This document shows, one piece after another, positions 1-9,056 of a DNA stretch of 64,000 bases. The stretch lies in the IMG/VR virus record IMGVR_UViG_3300003690_002253. One strand, 5' to 3'. The notes below the pieces were generated by a model that was not told the origin of the DNA, did not search any database, and was given only the letters and a program-made list of their open reading frames with translations. Source of the stretch: an uncultured virus (IMG/VR IMGVR_UViG_3300003690_002253) (lineage: Duplodnaviria; Heunggongvirae; Uroviricota; Caudoviricetes). Each line of letters opens with the position of its first letter. Positions within the stretch are counted from its first letter, which is position 1. Position numbers and translations under genes: made by a program.

Positions 1-1927
1 CCTCAAAAACAGCTTCAGCTACTTCACCATCGCTCGTAGTGGCCGTGGTATGTCCCGGAACAGTCGATCCAGCACTTACCAGAGGAATACTTGGAACGCC
101 AGCAAGGTTAAACCATGCAACGCGCCAGAGAGCCTCTGTAGCCGCAGACATGGCACCCACATGAGCCTGAAATAGGCTCAATACGGTAGCATCCCGCGTC
201 AAAGGCACCATACCGTAGACGTCATCACGAGACTGAGCCAACTCCAGAACTTCGTCCCAGTCATCTGCGTCAGTAGGATCGCAAACAGACGTGTAGAGCA
301 CAGGAGTTCCATTGCTGTTAGTTAGCGCCTTAAAAACACCCCACTTCAGAGGATTATCCGGCGTTAACGAACCGCTAATGTCATCAATGTCACCAACATC
401 AGTGATGCTGTTGATTTCATAGCACAATATGGAGAGCCAAGCACGATACTCAACATATGCTTTGCCGTAGCCAGCATCAGCCGAGCTGTGAACATCCAGA
501 GGCAAGAGAACGCCGTTATCGGTCCATGTGCTGTCGTAAGCAAGGATACCCGAATTAAGCGTAATCTCTGTCTCACTCTGATCCCAGTTCGTGAGAGGAG
601 CATACCCGGCACGATTCGAGGAAACCTCAAGAAGAGGATTACGAATATAAAGCTCGATCCCACACTCGTCACCAGCTGTAAGCGTGGTGGATAAGTTGTT
701 ACCCAGCTCCAAAGTCCGAGTTGGTCCAGAACCAACACCCGTGATAACAATGTAGTACTTGTCACTCAAGACAAGTCCACTACCACTAAATGAAACGGTG
801 ACCAAGTCACTACCGACGGACACAACATCAGAAGCAGCAGTCACCTCGGTAGGCCCACTCTGATCAACGCCATTCGTCGTGGTAATGCTGATCTGCGGCT
901 TAACCGTGTCCGCATACTCACCGCCACGAGTAACTTCGATGATGTAAGTGGTGCTGTTAACACTGCTGTAAGTACCGCCTTTTGTAGCGACTGGCTCAGT
1001 CCACGCCTGATTCGCCGTGGCAGTAAACACCTGCCCGGAAACCAAGTCGTTGTAACCGTAACCATCGTGGTCAGAAGACAAAGAACAAGCAGCCGTGTCC
1101 ACGTCTGTAAACGTGACAGTAAGACCACGAGTTCCAATAGAAGTTGCAGCACCATTAGCCGCAGGCGTCACAGCCCCAACGTCATCCGTACCACTGGCAG
1201 ACAAGATATTAAGGCTCGCCGTCGTCAAATCCCCGCCAACTGAGCTGTCGATCACGGTAATCGTATATGTCTCACTGATGTAGCCATCAGTGACACCGTC
1301 ATACGAAGCACCATCAGCACTTGACGTAATACAGTTGTCAGGCCCAGAAGTCTGAGAAATAGACTCAGTCTGAGATTGTGTACCGGCATTACCAGCATCA
1401 GCAGTCGCGGCAGCAACAACAGCCGCAACGTCATTAGCAATAATGTCCTTCACGTACGTCCACAGGACGACAGGATCACCACCACCTACGGGGACTCCCC
1501 GAACACGGATTACGTCACCGACTGCAACATCTCTGTCGTAGAGTGCCGCAGCTCGGGCATACACCCCGTTAGTGGTGAAGTTAGTGGCTGCTGCACTAAT
1601 GCGATTGTTGTAATCAGCAGTGACTGTGACGGGATCACCAGCACTGGCAGCATCCGTGTAATACTGGAGCAACGCGTTTTGAATCCAGAGCTTCGTATAA
1701 GGCTGGTCAACAATCGCGCCCGCCGTTCTGTTGGGCCACACATAAGATGTGGCAACAGATTCCTCGTAATATCCCAGCAAGCCAAGATCACGTTCATCTG
1801 CGTCGCTGTAACGGATTAATTGTGCGTGACCACCTGAAACATGCGCCGACATCGGATTAGCCGCTGCCGTGGTCGTGATAGTGAAGTCCTGAAATACAAG
1901 GACTTGGGGCAAAACATAAGTAGCCAT
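1..1927 (-). CDS. Tail sheath-like structural protein, truncated by window edge (absent from ORF track)
   Basis: Manually read open frame MATYVLPQVLVFQDFTITTT... from ATG at 1927 to window start; GGAG SD upstream; N-terminal Y-x-x-P-x-V-x-V pattern typical of sheath proteins; lies after neck genes. Confidence 0.65.
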   Translation of the reverse strand, partial: MATYVLPQVLVFQDFTITTTAAANPMSAHVSGGHAQLIRYSDADERDLGLLGYYEESVATSYVWPNRTAGAIVDQPYTKLWIQNALLQYYTDAASAGDPVTVTADYNNRISAAATNFTTNGVYARAAALYDRDVAVGDVIRVRGVPVGGGDPVVLWTYVKDIIANDVAAVVAAATADAGNAGTQSQTESISQTSGPDNCITSSADGASYDGVTDGYISETYTITVIDSSVGGDLTTASLNILSASGTDDVGAVTPAANGAATSIGTRGLTVTFTDVDTAACSLSSDHDGYGYNDLVSGQVFTATANQAWTEPVATKGGTYSSVNSTTYIIEVTRGGEYADTVKPQISITTTNGVDQSGPTEVTAASDVVSVGSDLVTVSFSGSGLVLSDKYYIVITGVGSGPTRTLELGNNLSTTLTAGDECGIELYIRNPLLEVSSNRAGYAPLTNWDQSETEITLNSGILAYDSTWTDNGVLLPLDVHSSADAGYGKAYVEYRAWLSILCYEINSITDVGDIDDISGSLTPDNPLKWGVFKALTNSNGTPVLYTSVCDPTDADDWDEVLELAQSRDDVYGMVPLTRDATVLSLFQAHVGAMSAATEALWRVAWFNLAGVPSIPLVSAGSTVPGHTTATTSDGEVAEAVFE

Positions 1928-1971
1928 AATAAATGGTCTCCATACCTGTGTTGTTGTGATTAACGTGCGGG

Positions 1972-2676
1972 CTAGCAGTCGTTAAAATTGATATTTTGAA
2001 CGACTCTACGAAGGGGAAGAGATTCCAATTTCAGTTGCCATGTCTTGTTGTAGACCCAACCAACTGTAACAGGGATCACATAGTTTTCCGTGGATTCCTC
2101 AAGCTCACTAATTTCCCCTACTTCCGTTACCTGAAAATCTTCAAGCAACAATTGTTGGCGAATAGCAGGAGTAAAGACTGTCAATTCATCTACTACTTCA
2201 CTCGCCAAAATTTCACAACTTGCACCCGTTCCGTGGATGCAGAAAATGGTATGACTTCCCACCCAGTTAACTGTGTACAGGGAATGCGCACCTCTTTCGT
2301 TTTCATATAGGGCATTGCTCGTACCCGCTCCCATCACCTCGTCTTTAATTCCAAGACGCTTCTGGCGATAAGCATTTCTCTTTATCAGTATTGCGGGTCT
2401 CTTTTCGACAAGATCACCACGCCACCGATAAACGCTTTCAATCAATATACCGGAGTCAGCCCCCTCCTTCCAGATGAATTGTCTTAAATCTTCTGAACGC
2501 AGTTCATTCGGGTCAGAAAAGTGCCGAATAAGCATATCCCGGAATAACCCAGTCAAAAGCAGGGGTTGCCAACCGTTTTCACACAGCGAATCCGGCTCAA
2601 AATACGGATTCTGCGTGTCACACGATTCTTTAGGTGTTGGAGGTGTCGTCTGACACCAATCCTCGGGTGTGCTCAT
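1972..2676 (-). CDS. Putative tail completion/terminator protein
   Basis: 234 aa; KRPAILIKR segment and position between neck genes and sheath; function from synteny. Confidence 0.45.
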   Translation of the reverse strand: MSTPEDWCQTTPPTPKESCDTQNPYFEPDSLCENGWQPLLLTGLFRDMLIRHFSDPNELRSEDLRQFIWKEGADSGILIESVYRWRGDLVEKRPAILIKRNAYRQKRLGIKDEVMGAGTSNALYENERGAHSLYTVNWVGSHTIFCIHGTGASCEILASEVVDELTVFTPAIRQQLLLEDFQVTEVGEISELEESTENYVIPVTVGWVYNKTWQLKLESLPLRRVVQNINFNDC

Positions 2677-2914
2677 CGGTACGTAACTTTAATTTGGGAT
2701 ACATGTACTTGATTAACCGGTCTGGGTCGTATTTCCAATGCATGGGATTAAGTCTGCCAATCAAACGCAGACCTTTACCCGGCTTTTTGATTGCAGGATC
2801 AGTTTCGCCGGGACTGCTTCCCAGATAGGGCATCGGAGGCTTTGGCATACCCAGCGGTTGGCGGGGTAATGATGTGCTATTCAATTTATTTTGCGGTATG
2901 TGTGGCATCAACAA
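2630..2914 (-). CDS. Hypothetical Pro-rich protein
   Basis: Fills the gap between two co-oriented genes and overlaps both. Confidence 0.35.
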   Translation of the reverse strand: MLMPHIPQNKLNSTSLPRQPLGMPKPPMPYLGSSPGETDPAIKKPGKGLRLIGRLNPMHWKYDPDRLIKYMYPKLKLRTDEHTRGLVSDDTSNT

Positions 2915-3801
2915 TTTCCAGTCAAAAATTCGTCCTGCTGTGGTATGGCAATCGTGTAAATGATATCAGTATAAGGAGCCGGACGTAATTCCACATTAGC
3001 AACAAGAGGAACTCCTCTTATTTCTGCAATGTCTTGAATTTTTTGAATGTAGTATCGATCATCAGTCTCGCGACTAACCCACACATCAGTTTCCTGCAAC
3101 AAAGGCATCATCAACATACGACCAGTGACAACAATATCATTTACTGTTCCCCGCATTCCCGCATCATCAATATGTTTTCGTCTCGTCTTCGGTGCCAAAT
3201 CTACCCATATGCAGCCCATGGGATAGAAATATCCACACTGAAGACCAGTACCATAGCATTCAGTGCAGTCCGGGTTTGTAACTTCATCTGTCTGAAGATC
3301 CAAACACTGCGTACATGGCACACCTGTTATACGTCGTTTCAACAGGTAACCGTCTTGGCTGGTGTACCGGAACCGTAATTTTTCTTTGCGGACAATTTCA
3401 CTGGCTAAACGCCAATCCCGTGGAGGAAGTATTCCGCCAGAAGAAACCGGGTCGGAATAATACGTTCCCAGACTGGTAGTCATCTTGACGCGGTAATGTG
3501 TGTACTGCGTCTTTCCATACACACGTTTCACACCATCTATGGCATAGAACGTATTCTCTATGGACGTTCCGACATCTGCCCAATCATCAGCATCAGGATT
3601 TCCGGACTGCCCTACCTGTAGCTGGAAGGTGTAGGGGAGAGGATCAGAAAACGTACTGAGCAGTTGCCAGCAGACACGCGTTCCACCGCGAATCAAGTAG
3701 CTGACGTGAACTACATCGAATACTGATTCACATTGAGAAGGACACTCGTCCTGACAAGTGGCATCCGGTAGCGGAGACTGTCCAATGATACGTTGTGGCA
3801 T
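2908..3801 (-). CDS. Putative head-closure/neck protein with Zn-finger
   Basis: CTQC...CTECYGTG motif; synteny after adaptor. Confidence 0.5.
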   Translation of the reverse strand: MPQRIIGQSPLPDATCQDECPSQCESVFDVVHVSYLIRGGTRVCWQLLSTFSDPLPYTFQLQVGQSGNPDADDWADVGTSIENTFYAIDGVKRVYGKTQYTHYRVKMTTSLGTYYSDPVSSGGILPPRDWRLASEIVRKEKLRFRYTSQDGYLLKRRITGVPCTQCLDLQTDEVTNPDCTECYGTGLQCGYFYPMGCIWVDLAPKTRRKHIDDAGMRGTVNDIVVTGRMLMMPLLQETDVWVSRETDDRYYIQKIQDIAEIRGVPLVANVELRPAPYTDIIYTIAIPQQDEFLTGNC

Positions 3802-3820
3802 AAATCAGCATCCTTGCTGC

Positions 3821-4780
3821 TTAATAAAAACTTCCGTACTGTGAGCTGATATTACCGGCAAATCCGGCAATATTGATTTCAACTTTCTTGGCCTGCACCA
3901 TATCTTGAAACTCTCGCAACATCCCCGATCCGGCAGCAGTATATTCCCGTTCCTTGTTTTTGTCGTCTATGGCCACGCCCCCTGCGTTGTACGCCAAGCT
4001 GTTGCGTCGATAAGTGTTGGCAGCCATCCTGTACAAATAAGCCTGAATCCCTTTCAACCATATCTCTTTGAACGGGAAGGTTTTTGTCGTCATAGCTGGT
4101 CTTAGCGGCGGCGGTATGTCATTCCAGTACTGAATAGGACGTAAAACAGCCTGAGCTATTTCTGCCCCGTCAAACTCTATGTTGTCCAGCAAAAGATTGT
4201 CTGCCGACGCACTGTCCCGCAAAGTGAGCCGAATTTCTTCAACACTTGGCGGTCCCATGCTGTACTGGCTTGTGTCCGAACTAACGCCGAACAAACCTCT
4301 ACGGACAAAACACAATGACTGGTTACTGAAGAGCATCCTGTTGTCTTCAGAAAATAATGCCCATTCCTCCAAGTATATGCCGGGTTCCCGCGAAATCTTG
4401 TCTGGGAGACTCTGAGCACGCACGTAACCTGTAGCTGCTGTGACAATATCTGCTGTGATGCAGGCAACAGGGTCTTGAGTAGGGTTCAAGCCGGTTAACT
4501 CCCGCATTCTCAACGAAATGCCGCAAGGAGGAGTTCCTAAAGCGTCATAATTCTCGTCAACCGCACTTGTGCTGGCACAAGAATCAGCACAATCAGTCAA
4601 GTTAACTGGGTCACCATTGGATGTACGCATAGTCCACTCCAGACGGGCATCTTGCCCCATCTGAATCTCGTGACACTGCAACTTCGGCAATACTGGGCAA
4701 CCATCAACATACGTGACCGGAGCTTCGATTTTATTTTGATCGTCGCAGTCCGTGCTGGTGGGAGGGTTGGATTGCGTCAT
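3821..4780 (-). CDS. Putative head-tail adaptor (neck) protein
   Basis: EEIRLTLRD...NLLLD.EF and YNAGGVAIDDK segments resemble large-phage adaptors; downstream of capsid gene. Confidence 0.55.
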   Translation of the reverse strand: MTQSNPPTSTDCDDQNKIEAPVTYVDGCPVLPKLQCHEIQMGQDARLEWTMRTSNGDPVNLTDCADSCASTSAVDENYDALGTPPCGISLRMRELTGLNPTQDPVACITADIVTAATGYVRAQSLPDKISREPGIYLEEWALFSEDNRMLFSNQSLCFVRRGLFGVSSDTSQYSMGPPSVEEIRLTLRDSASADNLLLDNIEFDGAEIAQAVLRPIQYWNDIPPPLRPAMTTKTFPFKEIWLKGIQAYLYRMAANTYRRNSLAYNAGGVAIDDKNKEREYTAAGSGMLREFQDMVQAKKVEINIAGFAGNISSQYGSFY

Positions 4781-4849
4781 GCTTTCTCCCTGCTGTGTGA
4801 AATGTACATCCTAGATGCATTATAACCTGTCCGGCAGAAGATCAGAATA

Positions 4850-6070
4850 TCATATGTGACACTCGCCGGGTTGCCTCTGACCTTTCAACGCGCATAAATG
4901 AAAACGCAAATACTTATACTCACGCTTTTCATGCCATTCCGATGGATATTCTTCATCCATGTGTACTTGCTGAAATCGACAAGTCACATTCCCATTCGCT
5001 TTTGCATAATTCGCATAGGTGTATGGCAACATGCTCAACGTGCTGTAATACGTCTTGTATGCGGGATCAGCGTAACCAATCTCATGCCGAGCATCCGGAA
5101 CAGATACCATTACATAACCGCCCGGAACTAATGCATCATACGCAGCATTCATAAATTCAACAACTTGATTTCCGTCAAGCCATTGCAGGAAGTCATGTGC
5201 CTCAATAATGCCATATTGTTCTTCCCCGAGTCCGTGTCGTAAATCACGTTCCCACTTCCAGCCTTCCTGCTGTAACTCTTGAATGTTCAATGTGGGATGA
5301 CCCCCACGAGAAGACCACTCTCGTATTAGATCTTCTGTATACTTTTCTTTGTAGGTTTTTGCCAATTCTTGAATCCTTATGTTGCGAGATTTGACAGTAT
5401 TCTGAGGGTACATTCGATAGAGGTAATGACAACCGCCAGTATGCTCAAAAGACGCGCCGGTCAGATATGTTTTGACCATTAACTCCTGATCGTCAGCCAC
5501 GGACAATTCGCGATTATGCCCTCCAGCGGCATAGTAGGCCTCACGACTCCAACAACGTACATGATCTGGAGCGTAATAGATCTCACAAAGCGAACGGGGA
5601 GATATATCAAAAGTCCTTGTCGCAAGGAATTTTCTGCCATAAACGCTGACTTCATAATTAGACCATCCATGAGACTCTGCATACTTGAACTTTCCATATT
5701 TTTTGTCGTCAGCGTAGTTGAAAACGGCCACATCTGAAAACACAAAACCCCCACCACGTTTGAAAGCAGAAGCAATAGCCCCTAAAGAATTGCCGGGAAA
5801 CAGCAAATCATCGTGATCAAGTTCGATAAACCCATATCCCGTAGCATTGTCACAAGCAAGCCGCTTCAAGGCTCCAATGTTGTAAAGCCTTTTCCCCCCT
5901 GAAACTACTTTCACGCGACTGTCAGCACGGATAACATCCGGAACGAATGCCTTGGAGCCATTCGGAACAATAACCCACTCCCAGTCGGTATAATCCTGCC
6001 GAAGAAGAGAGGTGTAGGCTTCAAAAAGATAGTCTGGTAAATGCGTAGGTGTGAAAATACTGAGCTTCAT
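4850..6070 (-). CDS. GT2 glycosyltransferase fused to a SAM-methyltransferase-like C-terminal domain
   Basis: MKLSIFTPTH start, WEWVIV, ELDHDD (DxD), ADDQEL; C-terminal AHDFLQWL...ALVPGG...VPD; start moved from 6238 to ATG 6070, just downstream of a terminator. Confidence 0.8.
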   Translation of the reverse strand: MKLSIFTPTHLPDYLFEAYTSLLRQDYTDWEWVIVPNGSKAFVPDVIRADSRVKVVSGGKRLYNIGALKRLACDNATGYGFIELDHDDLLFPGNSLGAIASAFKRGGGFVFSDVAVFNYADDKKYGKFKYAESHGWSNYEVSVYGRKFLATRTFDISPRSLCEIYYAPDHVRCWSREAYYAAGGHNRELSVADDQELMVKTYLTGASFEHTGGCHYLYRMYPQNTVKSRNIRIQELAKTYKEKYTEDLIREWSSRGGHPTLNIQELQQEGWKWERDLRHGLGEEQYGIIEAHDFLQWLDGNQVVEFMNAAYDALVPGGYVMVSVPDARHEIGYADPAYKTYYSTLSMLPYTYANYAKANGNVTCRFQQVHMDEEYPSEWHEKREYKYLRFHLCALKGQRQPGECHI

Positions 6071-6097
6071 ACCTGAAGTGTAACCGTTTATCCCCAT

Positions 6098-6136
6098 AAA
6101 AAAAGGCTCGACAGGCGTTACAACCTGCCGAGCCTT
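6098..6136 (-). terminator. Rho-independent terminator closing the capsid operon
   Basis: AAGGCTCGGCAGG-loop-CCTGTCGAGCCTT running into a T-run on the minus strand. Confidence 0.8.
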
Positions 6137-6179
6137 ACGGAGAGGAGGTCGTGGCAAACCTACTCCATAGTTCCACGTG

Positions 6180-6480
6180 TTAAGCAGTCGATTCCCAACA
6201 AGGGTCATCAACGCCCAGAGTTCCATTATCCAACACAATCATGAAGCTGTCAGCCAACGTGGCATCCGCCAAGATAGGAGCTGGAGGCGAGAACCGAACG
6301 ACGACTGGTAGCTCGATCAAAACCGTTGGCAACCGCGTCAAGGATATTACCAAACACGGTAAATTCCCCATCGTCAACTAACGAACGGCCATGCGGCGGT
6401 AAAAACCCGAACTTCAAAGTGCCGCCAGAGGTATTCTTGACGGTGCTATAAAGACAGGTAAGGTCATGTGTATAAGCCAT
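6180..6480 (-). CDS. Small head-associated protein, apparently split over two frames (76 aa ORF plus PAPILADA...PCWESTA tail)
   Basis: ATG 6480 with GGAGG SD; the second frame ends at 6180 just before the terminator. Confidence 0.5.
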
Positions 6481-6483
6481 TAT

Positions 6484-6903
6484 TTAGTTCCCTCCATATT
6501 GTTGTGCGAGAACTGCGGCTTCGTGAGCTTTCAGTGACAGTACGGAATTGTAAAACAAAGGCTCTTCGGCAAGTTGAGCAGCCGCAGCTTTAATAGCGTA
6601 AGCTTCCTCATCATGAGCCTGTGCAGCCTGAACATTCCCAATACCAGCCCCAGTCAAAATCCCGTCCAGAGCATTTGTAGCCCCTTCAAATCGACTTTGA
6701 TCAGCGCTCGCTACTTTCTCAGTTTCGTCGACGTGACGCAGTCTTCCGGCCAGTTGGAGTAAATCAGCTGCTTCCTTCTCAGATTGAGGCTGGAAACCAT
6801 GATTCGCCAACTTGCCAAAAAAGACATTTGCGTGCACGCCTTCAAACAGGTTGTCGTAAGCGTCTGCCGGATTTGGCAGGGTAGCTTGATTTTCGTTTGA
6901 CAT
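6484..6903 (-). CDS. Hypothetical head-associated protein
   Basis: 139 aa, GGAG SD, EKVASA motif, next to capsid gene. Confidence 0.7.
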   Translation of the reverse strand: MSNENQATLPNPADAYDNLFEGVHANVFFGKLANHGFQPQSEKEAADLLQLAGRLRHVDETEKVASADQSRFEGATNALDGILTGAGIGNVQAAQAHDEEAYAIKAAAAQLAEEPLFYNSVLSLKAHEAAVLAQQYGGN

Positions 6904-6937
6904 GGCGTGACTCCGCTTGTCTTAAATTTCGATATTT

Positions 6938-6964
6938 AAAAAGGATTGCCGCCCCGAAGGGCGG
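6938..6964 (-). terminator. Stem-loop with UUCG tetraloop after major capsid gene
   Basis: CCGCCC-TTCG-GGGCGG then CAATCCTTTTT on the minus strand. Confidence 0.6.
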
Positions 6965-6980
6965 GTCACCTTAACGGCTA

Positions 6981-7922
6981 CTAGATGAAGTCTGCGCGAG
7001 ACAAACCGCTGGTGTGGCCAATCGTCCCACCAAGCGTTTCGTAAGCGAAAAATTCAATCATGTACGCTTCACGACGAATGTACATGGTCGTGTCTTCAAG
7101 GATATAGCTCTTACCGATGAACTTAGGATCAGCGAAGTGGAACATCGAGTTAGTCGGCACAAGGGCCTTCTTAATCGTGATAATCCACTTCACGCCCATG
7201 AACTCAGCCAAAGCCCATCCGTTACGCATGACTTCCTCACTCAAGTCACCGCCCATCTCGTTGCGACTGAACTTAGCCACTTCCTTGATGGTGATGTTGT
7301 TGAGAAGCACAACGTGAACTTCAAGGTTCGACGGAGTGTTAGGCATGATCTTAAGACTGTCCCACAGGGTATCACGAGTGATACCACCGGCAATTTGCTC
7401 GTACTGAACAACACCGGAAGTAGGAACATTTGAGCCAGCACCAACAAGAGCGGTATTGATAGCGGAGATGAACTTGCCATCTTCCTCTGCCAACATGTCC
7501 TTGATAGCGTTATCGCTCAAAACCTGCCGAATATCCATGTACCAAGTACGCAGCTCATCAACGTCCTTCGTGAAGCGAGGCGTCACGATACGGTCGAAGG
7601 TGACCTTGTAGCGAGGACCACGGATATACAGATTCGTCGGCAAAGTCGCAAACGGGATCGAAACAGCCGCCGGGCTATCAGGTTCCTTGTCCACGATCTT
7701 GACCGGCTTATCCGTGTCAACCTGACGATCAAGCTCGTCATTACTGATTGGCAACGGCGGAATAATCCGACGGTAGAAGCCATCTTCCCGCATCTTTGTT
7801 CTGGTAAAGTCGTTGACCGCGTCAACAGCCTGTTTTTCCAGAAGCGGATCACGAGAGGCTAGCTTCTCGAAAATCGACTCGTTGAGGAGTTTTGATTCCT
7901 CTTGGGTCATTTGAGAAGTCAT
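6981..7922 (-). CDS. Major capsid protein (HK97-fold inferred)
   Basis: 313 aa; follows protease, scaffold and decoration genes; GAGG SD and downstream hairpin; AEEDGKFI helix and C-terminal FFAYETLGG strand pattern. Confidence 0.7.
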   Translation of the reverse strand: MTSQMTQEESKLLNESIFEKLASRDPLLEKQAVDAVNDFTRTKMREDGFYRRIIPPLPISNDELDRQVDTDKPVKIVDKEPDSPAAVSIPFATLPTNLYIRGPRYKVTFDRIVTPRFTKDVDELRTWYMDIRQVLSDNAIKDMLAEEDGKFISAINTALVGAGSNVPTSGVVQYEQIAGGITRDTLWDSLKIMPNTPSNLEVHVVLLNNITIKEVAKFSRNEMGGDLSEEVMRNGWALAEFMGVKWIITIKKALVPTNSMFHFADPKFIGKSYILEDTTMYIRREAYMIEFFAYETLGGTIGHTSGLSRADFI

Positions 7923-7968
7923 AGTTTATTACCTCTAAGGTTTACTTAAAATTTGATCCAGCTATCTA

Positions 7969-8526
7969 TTAAGCGTGGTTAATAGTAGCGGGGAAGAAAA
8001 CAGGCCAAAACGCGACAGAATCGTGTCCATAGCCATTATCAACAACACCTCGACTAACAACACCGACAACGGTTTTAGCGCCGCCCCATGTTGTATCGTC
8101 AAGTTTGCCAATGTTACCGCCAGCATCGTCCGACCACAAAGGAGTGTTCGGAACATCGATGTTACCGCCAGTGACAAACTGAGTCGAAGTCAGCTCGTAG
8201 GCCCCAACAGCTACAAGAGCCATTGCCTGACCTGTCGGAGCAACAGGAACCCAAACACCGGAAAGAGTGGAAGCATCGCCCCCATCATTCTCGACATCGG
8301 GATCATCGCTGTTGTTGAAAAGGAACAAGGGCATACGGTCAGCAGCGTCGATACCAAGTTCGAACTCGCCGTCGGCCCCTAAACACACAACTGAACCAGC
8401 CAAAATAGGCTCGTTGGCGGCCAAAATAGTCGCATCGAATTTCGAGTGGAAATCCACTGCGGACTGACTGGGCCATCCTTTCAGCGCGTTAAGAGTATTT
8501 GCGGTCATTTGCCGAGGTGCGGCCAT
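7969..8526 (-). CDS. Capsid decoration/cement protein
   Basis: 185 aa beta/Gly-rich, directly upstream of the capsid gene, GGAGG SD. Confidence 0.55.
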   Translation of the reverse strand: MAAPRQMTANTLNALKGWPSQSAVDFHSKFDATILAANEPILAGSVVCLGADGEFELGIDAADRMPLFLFNNSDDPDVENDGGDASTLSGVWVPVAPTGQAMALVAVGAYELTSTQFVTGGNIDVPNTPLWSDDAGGNIGKLDDTTWGGAKTVVGVVSRGVVDNGYGHDSVAFWPVFFPATINHA

Positions 8527-8552
8527 GATTTAGTCCTCCATTGACTATTTTT

Positions 8553-8572
8553 AAAAAACAGGTCTAACCTGC
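8553..8572 (-). terminator. Weak terminator-like hairpin
   Basis: GCAGG-TTAGA-CCTGT followed by a T-run. Confidence 0.4.
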
Positions 8573-8586
8573 TGTCAATTACGTAA

Positions 8587-9024
8587 TTAAAAGGCATTTC
8601 CATCAACAGCTGCCCAGATCGCAGCGTCAGAAGCCTTCTTTTCACTTGTTCGACGGCCCACATAGGGGTCATCAAGCGAGTTATAAGAAGGAACTGTCTG
8701 AACGCCAGACTGAGCAGGATCAATCGCTTGACCCATGTCATGTCCTGCCTTCTCCAGTCCTTTATGCGCTTCCGCCAATTTCTCAACAGAATTCCACAAA
8801 AGATCCATTGTGCCGGAATGCGAATCTAGAAGATCGGAAGCTGCTTGCTTCTGATGTTCCGCAACACACCCCTTCTCTACCATATGATCAACGAGACCAG
8901 CAGTTTTCTCTACCGCAGAACTCGATGATACTCGATGGTTATGAAGTTCATCTAAAGCTCGTTTTTGTAAAATCGAGCCAATTTGAATACTCTTCACGAA
9001 AAGATTCGCGAGTTTCCGATTCAT
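8587..9024 (-). CDS. Hypothetical scaffold-associated protein
   Basis: 145 aa helical; EKTA, KQAA, EKKAS motifs; GGAGG SD. Confidence 0.65.
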   Translation of the reverse strand: MNRKLANLFVKSIQIGSILQKRALDELHNHRVSSSSAVEKTAGLVDHMVEKGCVAEHQKQAASDLLDSHSGTMDLLWNSVEKLAEAHKGLEKAGHDMGQAIDPAQSGVQTVPSYNSLDDPYVGRRTSEKKASDAAIWAAVDGNAF

Positions 9025-9056
9025 GTGAAACTCCTCCTTGAGGCTAATATCAACCG

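Noticed and set aside
6071..6238. N-terminal extension of the glycosyltransferase to 6238
   Set aside because: It crosses a strong terminator and precedes the canonical GT2 start MKLSIFTP
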